The notes below the pieces were generated by a model. That model was not told the DNA's origin. It saw only the letters and a program-made list of their open reading frames with translations, and did not search any database. A stretch of DNA of 64,000 nt from a virus, in IMG/VR virus record IMGVR_UViG_3300005436_000501, positions 1-64,000 of that record. One strand, 5' to 3'. Below, piece after piece: positions 40,409-51,807 of the stretch; positions within the stretch are counted from its first letter, which is position 1, and each line of letters opens with the position of its first letter. The position numbers and the translations under genes are program-made.

Positions 40409-41017
40409 TCACGCCGCCTCCTCGTGCTCGAAGCGGGCGGAACGAGCAGCCTGGTACGCGTACGACACGCCGCCGTCACGCGGCACGAACGGCGCCAACG
40501 CCTCCTTCGGCGCAGTCAACTCCGCGTCCAACGCCCACCGGAACTCCTCATCCGAGGACCGCGAGCGCACCAGCCGCGCCCGGTGCTGCATGTGGCGCAC
40601 GAACGCCCAGCGGCTCTCCACCGCGTACGGCTCGATGTCGTACGCCGGATCCTGGTACGGGTCGAGCCCCAACCAGGTCCACGCATGGTCGGCGGGCCGC
40701 GGGATCGGGCCGAGCAGCAGCAGCCGCGGACCCGGCGTGGGTGCGGGCATCTCGGGCAGGCTGATCGCGGCGGCTTCGAGCCGGCGGCGGTCGAGGTCCG
40801 CGTCGGAGCCCTTTATCTCGGCCCAGGTGCCGTGGTCGGTGAGCAGGAAGTCGGGCAGGTAGAGGCTTGTGGAGCCGGAGCGGTCTTCGATGGCGAATCC
40901 CTGGGGTTCGTATTCCCAGCGGATGCGCAGGGCGTCGAAGCAGGTCGCCCATCGTGCTTCGAGCCGGGAGCGGAACCGGCAGCCGGCGTACTTGGTCTCG
41001 ACCGGTTGAATCTTCAC
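40409..41017 (-). CDS. PD-(D/E)XK nuclease-like protein
   Basis: TKYAGCRFRSRLEARWA..FD...WEYEPQGF...YLPDF...WAEIKG. Confidence 0.8.
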   Translation of the reverse strand: MKIQPVETKYAGCRFRSRLEARWATCFDALRIRWEYEPQGFAIEDRSGSTSLYLPDFLLTDHGTWAEIKGSDADLDRRRLEAAAISLPEMPAPTPGPRLLLLGPIPRPADHAWTWLGLDPYQDPAYDIEPYAVESRWAFVRHMQHRARLVRSRSSDEEFRWALDAELTAPKEALAPFVPRDGGVSYAYQAARSARFEHEEAA

Positions 41018-42469
41018 CCGGCACCGCCCGAATAACAGTCCCCGAGGTATTCGGCCAGCAGGTCGGACGACCATCGGTGGCGGCAGCGCGGGCACCGGTA
41101 TTCGCACCTGATCCACGCGCCGATCTGGACTCTCGACGCGGGCAGTACGAACCGCGCGCTCTCGCAGGCGTAGCAGCGGTCCGAGAACGGGGGAGCGGGC
41201 AGCGCGACCAGGCTCGTCATGACGGGTCAGCCGCCCTCGGCGGCCGGAATGCGCTACAGGTCTCGTCTCCCGCGATGTCCCAGGTCATCCCGTCGAAGTC
41301 GACGCCGACGGGTTGCGTGCGGCCGTTGTCGTAGACGAGCCACATATGGACGGGCAGTCGCTCTTTGTAGCCATCCCGCTTGAAGGTCCAGCCGCCGCCC
41401 GGGAGTGCTGCGACCACCCGGGGTCCCGCGGTATCCGGTGGGGTCGTCCGCGCGCCGACAGGCTGGGCCGCGTCGGCGATTGCGTCGATCAGGTCGTCCG
41501 TGTGGTCGTCGAGCCACACGCTGAACGCCGTCCCGAGTGCCTTGGTGATGAGTTCCGGGATGCTGACGGGGTGTTCGTTGAGCCAGTCGCTCCACGCCCC
41601 GGCCACACCCTCAGCGGTCGCGTCGCCTTTGCTGGTCATGGTCGTCTACTCCTTGTCTTGTCGGCGGTGTCTGGTATCGCGAAGAGCGAGTCCTGCCCGG
41701 GCGGCCCGTTGGGCTCCGGCCGGGAGGTGCCGCGCGTCCTGGCTCGCGCCGCTCCGGTGGCGCACTTGTGCCGGTGGTGGCCGAGGTGCCCCTGCGGGGT
41801 GCGCCACGCCGCGACGACCTCGGCCTTGGTGAACCCGGTCCCGTCCGCTTTGAGCACGCCGAGGCGTGTCGGGTCCGGGTCGAGCAGCCCCGATGGGGTC
41901 GCGAGGACCGGGGCGGCGCAGGACGGGCAGGCGTCAGGCATCCGGGTCACCCCCGAGGTCCAGCGCCCCGCGAACCCGCCGCGCACACGCGTCGAAGCCC
42001 GCCTGCCAGGCGTCAATGCCCGCGCCGTCGTCCGCGTCAAGCCACGCCAGCAGCGGCATCCCGACCCACACGGTCAACGCGAGCAGCGAGCACAGGTCCG
42101 GCGCGATCGCACCGGTCTCGATGCGGCTGATGGTGGTGTCCGCCTGGCAATACCGGTGCAAGTCCCCCGCCTCGCCCGGACCCGACGCCCGCTGCGCGTG
42201 CCAGCACGACGTGGACAGGTAGGCGTGGCCCCGCTTGGGCGCGCCCTCGTCGGGCACGATCCAGCCCTCGAAGGTGCGCACGATCCACTCCTGGTCGACC
42301 GCGAGCGCGAGCAGCGCGAACGTGTTCGCCACCCCCGCGCGCTCACAGGCGCGTTGTAAACGCCGGTACAGCCCGTCCTGCGAGGTCCCGTCGCGGCTGG
42401 CGACCGCCCTGAGCGGCTGCCCGTCGGCGATGCGGGCCGGGTTCCAGCGGTCCCGCATGATCGGTGCGG

Positions 42470-42868
42470 TCATGGCCGCTCCCCGAGGTAGGCGCGGGCG
42501 GCCGCGAGTGTCGCGGTCCATTCGTCGCGCACGCCGACCAGGCATTGCAGTACCCGGCCGTGCTCGTCCTCGTAGGCGCTCCAGTGGGCCATCTCGCGGG
42601 CGGCGGCGTCCCACTGGTCGGCGATGAGCAGTGCGACGCCCGGGTGCATCCCGGCGATGTGCTCGGCGTCGGCGCGCTCATGAACGTCGCTGCCGATCCA
42701 TCGGTACTCGGTTCGCGGTCTTGCGGGCGGGCTCTGGTCGGCGCGCACCTCGTAGAAGTCCCACTCGGGCAGGGTGATGGACTCCCAGCGGCCCGATGTC
42801 GCGGCGGCGGCGCGGTCCCGCATGAGTGCTGCGGCGCGCCTGATCGTGTCGTGCGGCGCCTCAACCAT
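42470..42868 (-). CDS. Ead/Ea22-like phage protein
   Basis: RAAALMRDRAAAATSGRW...DAEHIAGMHPGVALLIAD. Confidence 0.55.
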   Translation of the reverse strand: MVEAPHDTIRRAAALMRDRAAAATSGRWESITLPEWDFYEVRADQSPPARPRTEYRWIGSDVHERADAEHIAGMHPGVALLIADQWDAAAREMAHWSAYEDEHGRVLQCLVGVRDEWTATLAAARAYLGERP

Positions 42869-43772
42869 GGTCGGCCTCGCACTGGGCGAGCAGGCTCAGC
42901 CGCGCGGCCTCACAGGTGTCCGTGGTGATGGCGTCGAGCGCTTCGTAGACCTCGCCGAGGCTCGTCCCGCACTGACCGGCGGGCCAGTCGTTGCCGTCCA
43001 CCCGCCACCCGGTCTGCCCGTCGAACGGGTCGGGCGGCGGCGGGAGCGCCGCGGCGAGCCGGTCGGCGATACGGCGCAGGAATCTAGGCATGGGTGTTCT
43101 CCCGTCGTGTGGCGAACGCCCGTTCGGGGCTGAGCGCCCCGGGGCGGCGGAACGCGAGCGCGGAGCGGACCTCGGGCCGGCCGTGGCCGCGCAACCGGAC
43201 CCGCTCGATCACCAGCCAGAAGCGGGCGCCCGGCCGGACGAGCGGCGCGTCCCGGTCCGACACGAGCGCCAGATCGACGTAGTCGCGCCGCCGCTCGCCC
43301 CGAACGCGCGCCGAGAAGAAGCCGTCGAACACGGCCGTGACCGTGCCCTCGCGGATCTCGCGGCGGGCCACCACCGCGCCGTCGGGGGTGCCCGTAAGCC
43401 ACGACGGGCCGAGGTCTTCGGTCACGACACGCCCCCGATCTCGGGAGCGAAGAATTCCGGCAACGGCTCCGGCCCCGAGTAACGCACGCAGGCGCAGGCG
43501 GCGTATCCGTCCAGCACTTCCTCGCTCCCGTTGTACCTGTACGTCTTCACCCGCGCGTTGCAGCGGCCGGTGGCGGGGTCGTGGGTGTGGATTCCGTGCG
43601 TGCAGCCGCAGATCGGCTTGGCCGGCTTCGGTGGTTTCGGGTGTTTGCGCCGGCTGGGCAGGAACCGGCCGATCAGGACACCGGCCAGGGCGATCAGGGC
43701 GCCTTCGAGCATCGGGGGATCTCCTACGTGCCGAAGGCGCGGCGCCCACCCGGGACGCCGCGCCCGGGTGGG

Positions 43773-44381
43773 CTACTTCTGCAACTGGGGGATGTTCGCG
43801 TACACCGGGATCACGGCGTTGCTCACCAGGAACGGCATGTCCGTCTCGACCAATGCGCCGCCCGCTGTGCGGAAGAACACCCCGAACGATCCGCCCTCGT
43901 CCGGACCGTAGGAGCCGTCGTCACCGGGCGCGAGGTTCGTGCATGAGGTGTTGTTCGCGCAGTTCACGTTGACGTCGGTGCTGGTCATCTGCGAGCCGGT
44001 CGAGGAGACCTTGCCCTGGATGACGTAGTAACCGACCGGTGTCCCGCCGAAGGTGAAGATGTAGACGAAGTTTGTTGATCCGCGGGAGTTGTAAGCCTGG
44101 AGCCGGAACGCGAGGTTCTTCAATTCCAGCGGGTCGGACGGCGGATTGGGGGCACAGTTCCCGGCGCTGTCGCAGTTCGCGAACGGATACGGCACCGCCG
44201 CGTCGAACTCGGCCGCGATCGTGCCGGACTTGTTGTTCTGGAACGTCTGGTTCTTGCTCGCGCTGTTCGAACTGGAGTGGTTGCACGCCGCGAGCGTGAC
44301 GACCAGGCCCAGGCCGATCAGCGCGGACGCGGCCAGGGAGACGATGCGCCGGCGGCGCGAAACAGCACGGGCCTTGTTCAC
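43773..44381 (-). CDS. Putative lipoprotein
   Basis: Basic N-terminus, hydrophobic stretch, lipobox LAAC; KVSSTGSQMT...DDGSYG. Confidence 0.75.
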   Translation of the reverse strand: MNKARAVSRRRRIVSLAASALIGLGLVVTLAACNHSSSNSASKNQTFQNNKSGTIAAEFDAAVPYPFANCDSAGNCAPNPPSDPLELKNLAFRLQAYNSRGSTNFVYIFTFGGTPVGYYVIQGKVSSTGSQMTSTDVNVNCANNTSCTNLAPGDDGSYGPDEGGSFGVFFRTAGGALVETDMPFLVSNAVIPVYANIPQLQK

Positions 44382-44833
44382 GGGGTGACCAGCCTTGTCG
44401 GGTCGGTGGAGCACACGGATGCGGGATCGAGGTGCTGCTTCGGGTAGCCGTCGGGCACGACCGCGAGCGCGTTGTCCAGGTCGCTGTTCCAGGTGGCGAC
44501 GTCGGTGTCGCAGTTCTGCTGGACGCCCTCGAGGTTGACCGCGTCCTGCTTGTCCGCGCCCGGCGCGGCGGCGGCTTTCGTGGCGACCTGGATGTTCTGC
44601 TGGTCGGCCTGCAACTGGGCGTACAGGCCCGTGAAGGTCGCGGACCAGTGCTCGCGGTTGGCGGCGCTACCGCGGTCCTTGCGGACGTCGCCGGTGCCCT
44701 TGACGCTGGCGCTGAACACGCCGAACGCCCACAGGCACAACGGCAGGGCGACGAACAGCAGCAACGCGGCCAGGCAGCCGTACGCCCAGACGCGTTTGGG
44801 GCGCAGGTCGCCGTCGGCGGTGAACACGGACAT
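44378..44833 (-). CDS. Membrane-anchored protein, partner of the lipoprotein
   Basis: N-terminal TM segment, helical ectodomain, coupled to 43773-44381. Confidence 0.7.
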   Translation of the reverse strand: MSVFTADGDLRPKRVWAYGCLAALLLFVALPLCLWAFGVFSASVKGTGDVRKDRGSAANREHWSATFTGLYAQLQADQQNIQVATKAAAAPGADKQDAVNLEGVQQNCDTDVATWNSDLDNALAVVPDGYPKQHLDPASVCSTDPTRLVTP

Positions 44834-45060
44834 GGGTGTGAGGTCTCCTTAGGTGGTGGTGTCGGGTTTGCGCAGGCCCCGGAAGGGGCGCACATCGGTG
44901 CTGCCATCGCCGCGGCGGATCATGACGTTGCGGGGCCCGTGTGCCTTGGTGCGCACCAGGGGCAGCAGCCCGGTCAGGTTGGGCAGGTCGCGTACAGCGC
45001 CGTTCCACGCCGCGACGACGGTGACGGGTTCGCCCCGCTCGAGATACGTGCTCCCGGTGA

Positions 45061-45621
45061 TCACGGGGCCACCGCCTGTCGGGCGACCGGCCGCACCTTC
45101 ACGACCTGCCCCTTGAAGGCGCAGCCGTTCACGTTGCCGACGGTGAGCGGCCCCGGCTCCCTGATCCCGATCGCATAGGAGCGCACCCAGACCCGGAACC
45201 AGGCGTCGGCCGGTTTGCCCGCGACGTGGCTCTGATCGCTCGTCCACCCGCCGCACCCGCAGCCCGGGTCGCCGCACGGCTTGCCGGTCACGTCGTGCGG
45301 CGCCTTGTTGTAGGTCGCCATCGCTCCGGCGACCATCGGGCACGCCGCAACGGAGTAGGCGGCGCACTCCGGGTGTAGCGCCGGCTCGGACGAGAACCCC
45401 TCGTCGATCATCGACTGCGTGGCGAGGAACAGGTACGGCGGCGGGTCCAGGCGCTGCCCGCAGATCTGGCAGAGGTAGTGCGCGACGCACTCGGCGACGC
45501 GTTTGCCGTGGGTGCCGCCCAGGTGTGTGCGGCCCTCGGCGACCAGGCTGATGTACGGCACGACCAGGCCGCCGAGCAGGGGGCGGCGGGCGCAGCGCGC
45601 GGGGATCGGCGGGGCGGTCAC
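45061..45621 (-). CDS. Cys-rich conserved actinophage protein
   Basis: GLVVPYI...LCQICGQRL...EPALHPECAAYSVAACP. Confidence 0.65.
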   Translation of the reverse strand: MTAPPIPARCARRPLLGGLVVPYISLVAEGRTHLGGTHGKRVAECVAHYLCQICGQRLDPPPYLFLATQSMIDEGFSSEPALHPECAAYSVAACPMVAGAMATYNKAPHDVTGKPCGDPGCGCGGWTSDQSHVAGKPADAWFRVWVRSYAIGIREPGPLTVGNVNGCAFKGQVVKVRPVARQAVAP

Positions 45622-47317
45622 GGGGTCGCCTCCGGCAGGTGCGCGCCTTCCCGCGCCCCGCTCTCGGCGTCGGCACCGGATGCGGGCTCGCCGTCGGGGA
45701 CCTCGTCGTCGGTCGCCGCCCGTTTGGCGTGCACGTCGCGCACCCCGCAGCGCGGGCACGGGAGCACAGCAACCCTGTCTCCGGCGCGGAAAAGCATCAG
45801 GATCGGCCCGGACGTGCAGTTGTAACAGGACCCGACCATGCGGTAGATCCCGCAGCCGCCGTGCTGTTCGCATCTGGCGCAGGTGCACACGCCGCTGACG
45901 GTGAGCATCGATTCCTCCTGGATTTCAGGTGGCAGGACGATGGATGCGGCGGGTAGCCCGGTCAGGAACGCGCGCGTCACGCCGCGCGGCACGACCACCA
46001 GGCGCTCCCCGTCGCCGACCGACACCCCGGCGGGCAGCGTCAGCCACGTCTCGGGGCTGGGCTCGTAGCCCACGACCGCGTAGTCACCCGACGGCAGCTC
46101 GGCGATGAGAGGGCAGTTGCCCGACGACGTGCACGCCGCGGCCGGTCCCGGACCGCGGTTCACGGCCGCCTCCCGTCGCGCACAGGCGGCCGCACCAGCA
46201 GCCAGCCGAACCCCGACACCACGGCCACCGAGGCGGCGAGCCCGGCGGACGGGTACTCGGCGGGAAACAGCAGCACGACCGCGATCAGGAAGCACACCCA
46301 CCCGGCCGTGGCCAGCGCCGCGGCGACCATGCCGCGCAGCCACCACGCCCGGTCGAACGCGGCCAGCAGCAGCGCGGCGAGCACACCCGCCACGGCTGCG
46401 GCGGTGGAGACCGGTTCACGGCGGGTCACCGCGACCACCGCAGCCACCGGCCCCACCCGCGCGCCCCGGCCGATGCCGCTTCCGGGCGGACCGGCTTGGG
46501 TTCGTCGCCGCCGCTGCGGCAGTCCGGCCCGCATACGTGTGCTGCGCCCTCGTCGTCATCCGCGTCCTCGGCGGTCTCCCGGTCGATGCGCTCGACCATC
46601 CGCAGCGCCGCATCGTCGCGGCCCGCGGCGGCCTGCGCGCGGCGAAGCTGTCCGATCACGGCCTTCTGGTTGGCGACGCGCCTGCGCAGCGCGCCGGCCT
46701 CGATTTCGAGTTCGGCGACGCGTCGGCGCGCCGCGGTCAGGTCGCCGGCCATGCGCAGCACGCCCACACCGAACAGGTGCCGCCCCTCCTCGTCGAGGTC
46801 GAACGGGTCGACGGCCGCTGCGGTGTGCGCGGGGTCGGCGGTGACAGGGTTCAACGGGTTCTCCTTTGGGTGCGGGCAGTCAGTGGCGGCGCGGCGGACG
46901 GCGCCAGGAGGGGCGCCGTACGGGCCGCTGCGGGGCGTCAGGGATGCTCGGCGGCACGGGCTCCGCGGTGCCGGACTGGGGTGCCTGGAGAGCCTTCTGC
47001 GCGTCGGCGAGCCGGCCGCGCAGTCCCCGGATCTCCGCGTCGCGCGCCCGGATCACGTTGTCCATGGCCACGCCGTACGACTCGCCGAGGTCGGCCCGAT
47101 GTCGGGCGTCGGCGAGATCCTCAGTGGCCTGCGCGAGCCGGATGCGGGCGTCGTCGCGTTCGGCGACGACGCGGCGCACGGTCTTCTCAAGCCCCTGGAT
47201 CTGATCGAGGATGCTCGGCTCGCGCACGGTTACGGGCGGCGCGGTAACGGTTTCTTCGGTGGTGGTGCTCAACGGTGTGCCTTGCTGTTCGATACCGGTT
47301 GACGGACTGTAGTGGAT

Positions 47318-47807
47318 CTAGATGTTCGGTGGCTGATCACCGGGTGTGGTGAGCGGATCCACAGGCGGGAGGGGTTGCGCGGCTATGTCCGCGAGGACCA
47401 CGGCGAGCGCGACGAGATGCTGGCGGTCCCACCCGGCCAGCGCGCCCCGCGCCGCGTCCGCATCCCGGCCGGCGACCGCCGAGACGAGGTCCTCGGCGGG
47501 CCCGGTCATCGTCAGGGCCAGCAGGTCCGCGGCGAGACCGGGTAGGTTGCGGCGGCGCTTCGCGATCCGGTCGTCCAGGCTCGACCTCGAGATCCCGAGC
47601 CCCGCCGCGGTTATCTCGCGGTCCAGGCCGTCGAGGTCGGCGATCACGATCAAGGCGCCGCGTTCCAGCTCGGTCAGCGTGACCGGGTCGCCGAGCAGCG
47701 CCCGGCGGATCGCCCCCCCCGTCGACGAGGTGCACCGCGCGCTCGTGGCGCTGCGCGGCGAGGTCCCGGATCGTGCGCCGGGTCGTCTCGCCCGGGCGGT
47801 CGGTCAC
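47318..47807 (-). pseudogene. HTH-type regulator gene frameshifted at a G8 tract
   Basis: 490 nt from the coupled GTG to the stop (3n+1); removing one G gives VDGGAIRRALLGDPVTLTELER...TAAGLGISRSSLDDR. Confidence 0.55.
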
Positions 47808-48334
47808 GCCGCACCGCCCACGGCCGTAAAGTGCAGGACCAGCTGCGAGCCCTTGACCGGCTCGCCCAGTGTGTACGTGGTGCTCAGGACGTACCGCTCG
47901 TCGTCCCCGGGTAGGTAGCCGGCGACGACGATGCCGTCGATACATGCCTTGACCGTGGGCTGGACATTGTCCGAGTCCTGATGCCTGCGGTCGCGGGGGT
48001 GCAGGACTGCGGTGACGCGGACGCGCTCCAGCTTCGGCAGCCGGTGGGCGCGCGCCATCAGGGCGGCGTCGGCGCGGATCTGCTTGACGATGCGCGCCTT
48101 GGCGCGGAAGTCGTGCCGGTCGTTGGCGGACAGGAGGTCGTAGCCGGCGGGCAGTGCGACGGTGTAGGTGGTGCTCTCCCCGTCCGCACGTGCCGCACAC
48201 CGGTGCGGACGGGGAGAGCCTGGGTCCGGGCCGGCCGTGGGGACCGGCCCGGGGATCGTGGCGGCGAGGAGTTCGTCGAGCGCCGCGCGCGGACAGGCGT
48301 CGACCGGGATCACGGTCTGCTCCGGGGCGCTCAC
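47804..48334 (-). CDS. RusA-like Holliday junction resolvase
   Basis: LLSANDR...RRHQDSDNVQPTVKACIDGIVVAGYLPGDD. Confidence 0.75.
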   Translation of the reverse strand: MSAPEQTVIPVDACPRAALDELLAATIPGPVPTAGPDPGSPRPHRCAARADGESTTYTVALPAGYDLLSANDRHDFRAKARIVKQIRADAALMARAHRLPKLERVRVTAVLHPRDRRHQDSDNVQPTVKACIDGIVVAGYLPGDDERYVLSTTYTLGEPVKGSQLVLHFTAVGGAA

Positions 48335-48873
48335 GACGCCGTCCCGTGCTGCTCGAGCACCGCAGCGAGCGCGGCCGGCTGCGGGCGCCAGAACCCGAGC
48401 GCGCCACGGCATGCCACGGGCTGGGCCAACGCGAACCGCCGGCCGAGCCGCACATGCCAGGCGCCCTGCTCGGCCCACTCGGAGCAGTCGCCGTCGCACC
48501 GGTGGCAGTCCTCGATCACCGCCGCCCCGACGACCGCCCCGGTGGGCATCGTGGACGGAGTGGCGGATCCGGAGGTGAGCCACTGGCACATCACCCAGGA
48601 GCGCGACGCGGCGTCGAGGTCGTAGCGCAAGCCGGCGTGGATGAGGACCAGTCCGCGACGGTTGACCCTGGTTGTCCTGTTCTCGACGGACTTGGGGCCG
48701 CCGTTGCCGCCGGGCTGGCCGACAATCGCGGACGCCCACGGCTGCCGCACGGTCCATGCGCGCAGGTCCACGCGGGCGGCGTCGGCGAGCGCCCGGGTGT
48801 CGATCGGGGGCGCGGGGTGCGCGTCGGCGTCCGCCGCGGCGATACCGGCGAGCAGTTCGGTGTCGGTCGTCAC
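48331..48873 (-). CDS. ASCH domain protein
   Basis: AWTVRQPWASAI...KSVENRT...RGLVLIHAG...PVACRGALGFW. Confidence 0.85.
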   Translation of the reverse strand: MTTDTELLAGIAAADADAHPAPPIDTRALADAARVDLRAWTVRQPWASAIVGQPGGNGGPKSVENRTTRVNRRGLVLIHAGLRYDLDAASRSWVMCQWLTSGSATPSTMPTGAVVGAAVIEDCHRCDGDCSEWAEQGAWHVRLGRRFALAQPVACRGALGFWRPQPAALAAVLEQHGTAS

Positions 48874-49742
48874 GACGCACCGCCCGACTGTTCGGCGTCG
48901 ATAGCCTTGCGCGCGTCAGCGATAGCGGAGCGCAGCAACCGCTCGGTGTCCTCCATGCGCTCCAACGCCTCGGCCGCGGCCTTCACCGCCCGCCCCTTGG
49001 CGATCAACTCCCGCAGCGCAGAGCCCAGAACTTCAGGCGAGACGTACTCGCCGAAGTCGTAGCTGTCCAACTGGAACCCGCAGGACTTCTCCAACTCCTC
49101 CAACCGCTTGAGGCGGCGGTGCGTCTCGGCCGAGCCGGGGGCGGTGGCCTGCCGCCGAAGCGCCTGCATCTGCTTGTGGTGCTCGTTGACGAGGCGGTTG
49201 CGCTGCCGCTCGACTTCTTTGTTGCGGTCGGTTTCCATCGACACCAGCAGCGCCGCGAGTAGAGCCGTGGTGGGGCGCAGTTCGCGGCGCTCGGCCGGGG
49301 TGACCACCTTGAAGCGGCGCGCCTTGCCGGGCACCATCAGGCCCCAGCCGGGCGGCAGCAACTGCGGCGGCGCGACCATGGTGTTCGGGGCGACGATCCA
49401 GAACGTGTTGCTGTGCGCCCACCACGCCTCGGCCTTGTCGGGCTGGTCGAGTTCCCGTTGGAAGTCGGCGCGGCCGGTCTTAAGCTCGCACACGTCCACC
49501 GTGTAGCCCCGGCTCGCCCACAGTCCGACGTGGACAGCGTCCGCACGGTGGATGCGGTCGGGCGCGGTGACCTCGGTGAGGAACACGGCGCCAGGCCGGG
49601 ACTGGCCGGGCATCAGGTAGTGGTCGCGCAGCGCCTCGAGCAACTGCGCCGTGTTCGCCGGTGTCGGTGTGGACTCAGCCTCGGTGACGGCCGACACGCC
49701 GACCGGGGCGGGAAGGTCGAGTTGGGTCTGCGTCTCGGTCAT
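48870..49742 (-). CDS. MmcB-like PD-(D/E)XK nuclease
   Basis: EV...RADAV...CELKTGRADFQREL..PDK...FWIVAP...LPPGWGL. Confidence 0.75.
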   Translation of the reverse strand: MTETQTQLDLPAPVGVSAVTEAESTPTPANTAQLLEALRDHYLMPGQSRPGAVFLTEVTAPDRIHRADAVHVGLWASRGYTVDVCELKTGRADFQRELDQPDKAEAWWAHSNTFWIVAPNTMVAPPQLLPPGWGLMVPGKARRFKVVTPAERRELRPTTALLAALLVSMETDRNKEVERQRNRLVNEHHKQMQALRRQATAPGSAETHRRLKRLEELEKSCGFQLDSYDFGEYVSPEVLGSALRELIAKGRAVKAAAEALERMEDTERLLRSAIADARKAIDAEQSGGAS

Positions 49743-50251
49743 CGGGCACCCCGCCACAGCGTCATCGGCGTGTTCCCCGCGACGTACAGCGGGTGCTTGG
49801 GCGCCCCGGACTTGGTCACGCCGAGGCAGTGCAGGTGCCCCACGCCCGGCTGACGCCCGATCAGGGCCAGCACCTGCGCGACCCGGTCCGGCTTCGCGTT
49901 CGCGCCCCACGCCGCGATCACCTCGTGGCATGAGACGGCGTCGGCGATGTGCCGGTCGTTGTCCGGGCCCACCGGGTCCGCGGCGGTCCACAACTGGGCC
50001 GGGTCCGTGGCGCGTAGCGCGTACAGGTTCGCGACGATCAGCCGCCCGAACCCCCAGCCCCGCGAGAAGACGCTGATCCGGCGGAGGGTCTGGTCGTCGG
50101 TGTCCGCGTCAGCCGTAGACGGGTTCAGCATGATCCAGGCGACGGCGGGGCCGCCGCCCCAACGCCGCTCCAACAGGTACCGGTACACGCCGTCGGGTGA
50201 GATGACCGCGGACCGGGTCACGCCCACGTCGAGGGACTGCTGGCCGGTCAC
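49739..50251 (-). CDS. DUF1643 protein
   Basis: YRYLLERRW...IMLNPSTAD...NLYALRATDP...AAWG...GAPKHPLY. Confidence 0.9.
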   Translation of the reverse strand: MTGQQSLDVGVTRSAVISPDGVYRYLLERRWGGGPAVAWIMLNPSTADADTDDQTLRRISVFSRGWGFGRLIVANLYALRATDPAQLWTAADPVGPDNDRHIADAVSCHEVIAAWGANAKPDRVAQVLALIGRQPGVGHLHCLGVTKSGAPKHPLYVAGNTPMTLWRGAR

Positions 50252-50830
50252 CGGGTCTCACCGCCCGGCGGGACGATCGTGACGCCGCGCGACGCGAACA
50301 GCGCCACGATCGACGCGTCATCCCGGTACCGCTTGACCGACAGCATCGGCACGCCGACCACGTCCATCGTCGCGGCCAGGATGTGCGTCTTGATCCGGTC
50401 CGAGGCGCCCACACGCACCAGCGCGTCGGCCACGGCCTCGAAGGTCTCGGTGTCGCCGGCCATCAGGACGCCCCACCTTCGAGCACGGCCCGCGCCAGCC
50501 TCACCGCGGCGGGCTCCGGGTGCTCCCACGACAGCGCCAACGCGAGACACCAGCGGCAGTGGTGGTGCCCGTCCTCGTCGACGAACCCCTCGTCGAGCTC
50601 GGTCGGACACTTGTACTTCGGCGCGCTACGCGAGGGGCACTTGCGGCCGGGACAGTGGTCGGCGCCGTGCTCGCCCTGGGTCTCCTCGTCAAGCAGGTCG
50701 GCGACGGCGGAGGCGAGCGGGGAGGTGTCAGTCATGCGCAGCCGGAAGGAGGCGCGGCCCATCAGGTCGGCCCAGGTGCGGATCCCGGCGGGGCCGGCGT
50801 CCACGTGGACGCTCGCAGCGGTCGGCGGCG

Positions 50831-51403
50831 TCACGGGGTCACCGCCGGGGCGTCCTCGCGCAGGTACTCGAGCGCCGCCTCGACCGTGGCCGTCCAGTCG
50901 TAGTGCGTGGACTCGCGCTCATCCGCGACGGCCCAAGTCTGCGTACCGTCCACCCGGTCGACCGGGTGGAAGTGGGCGAGCGCCCCGGTCATGTCGTCGG
51001 CCTGGTGCTCCCAGGCGTTCGCGATCGCGTGGGCGGCCTTCGGGGCGAGGCTCGCGACGTATGCGGCCGCGAGTTCGAGCATGTCCCCGACCGCTTCCCA
51101 GGCGGTGCCGCCGGTGTCGGTGGTGAACTCGCCGATCACGCGGTGCGTGTAGCCGTGCGGCTGCGGGTCGCGGACCTCCAGGACGAACCAGGAACCGCGG
51201 GGCGCGTCGTCGGCGCGCTCGTGCATCAGCTTGGCGGCGCGGGTCACGATCCCGGCCGGGCTGTCCGGCAGGATCGGGTTGTCGCTCGCGTACTCGGCGC
51301 GCAACTCGACGAGGTGAGTCGGGTCGAAGCCGAACGGGTCGGGCCTGGGGCCATTACTGACGGCGCTCGGGTCGGGCTTGTGGTCGGTCTGGTACTCGGG
51401 CAT
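50831..51403 (-). CDS. Ead/Ea22-like phage protein (paralog of 42470-42868)
   Basis: RAAKLMHERADDAPRGSW...WTATVEAALEYL. Confidence 0.55.
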   Translation of the reverse strand: MPEYQTDHKPDPSAVSNGPRPDPFGFDPTHLVELRAEYASDNPILPDSPAGIVTRAAKLMHERADDAPRGSWFVLEVRDPQPHGYTHRVIGEFTTDTGGTAWEAVGDMLELAAAYVASLAPKAAHAIANAWEHQADDMTGALAHFHPVDRVDGTQTWAVADERESTHYDWTATVEAALEYLREDAPAVTP

Positions 51404-51552
51404 CGGTTCCCCCAAAGGAATCGGCGGTCGGGATGAGAGGTGGTGCGGTGTTGTCCCCCGGGCCGGGGCCGCCTGGTGCACGGCCCCGGCCGTGCCGCCC
51501 TGGCCTAGGGCGGCTACCGCGACGGTTGGGGGAGCCCGCCGCGGAACCTGAG

Positions 51553-51807
51553 CTACGGAACCCGCTGCGACGCGGGGAACGCCTCACGCACCCGCGCGAG
51601 ACACATCACGCCGAACTTGCGGATCTTGAGCAGTTGCCGGTCGGACAGCGCCGCGACCTGATCCCGTGTCCGGTAACCCGCGCGACAGAGCGCGTTGCGG
51701 GCCTGATGCCCGACACCGTCGTGGCCGAGCAGGTCGTCCAGCTCGGTCGGGGAAAGGCGGCACGAGCCGTTACGGCAGCCGGGCACGGCGGGGTCGTCCT
51801 CAGCCAT
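51553..51807 (-). CDS. Stand-alone RNA polymerase alpha-CTD-like protein
   Basis: ARNALCRAGYRTRDQVAALSDRQLLKIRKFGVMCLARVREA. Confidence 0.75.
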   Translation of the reverse strand: MAEDDPAVPGCRNGSCRLSPTELDDLLGHDGVGHQARNALCRAGYRTRDQVAALSDRQLLKIRKFGVMCLARVREAFPASQRVP

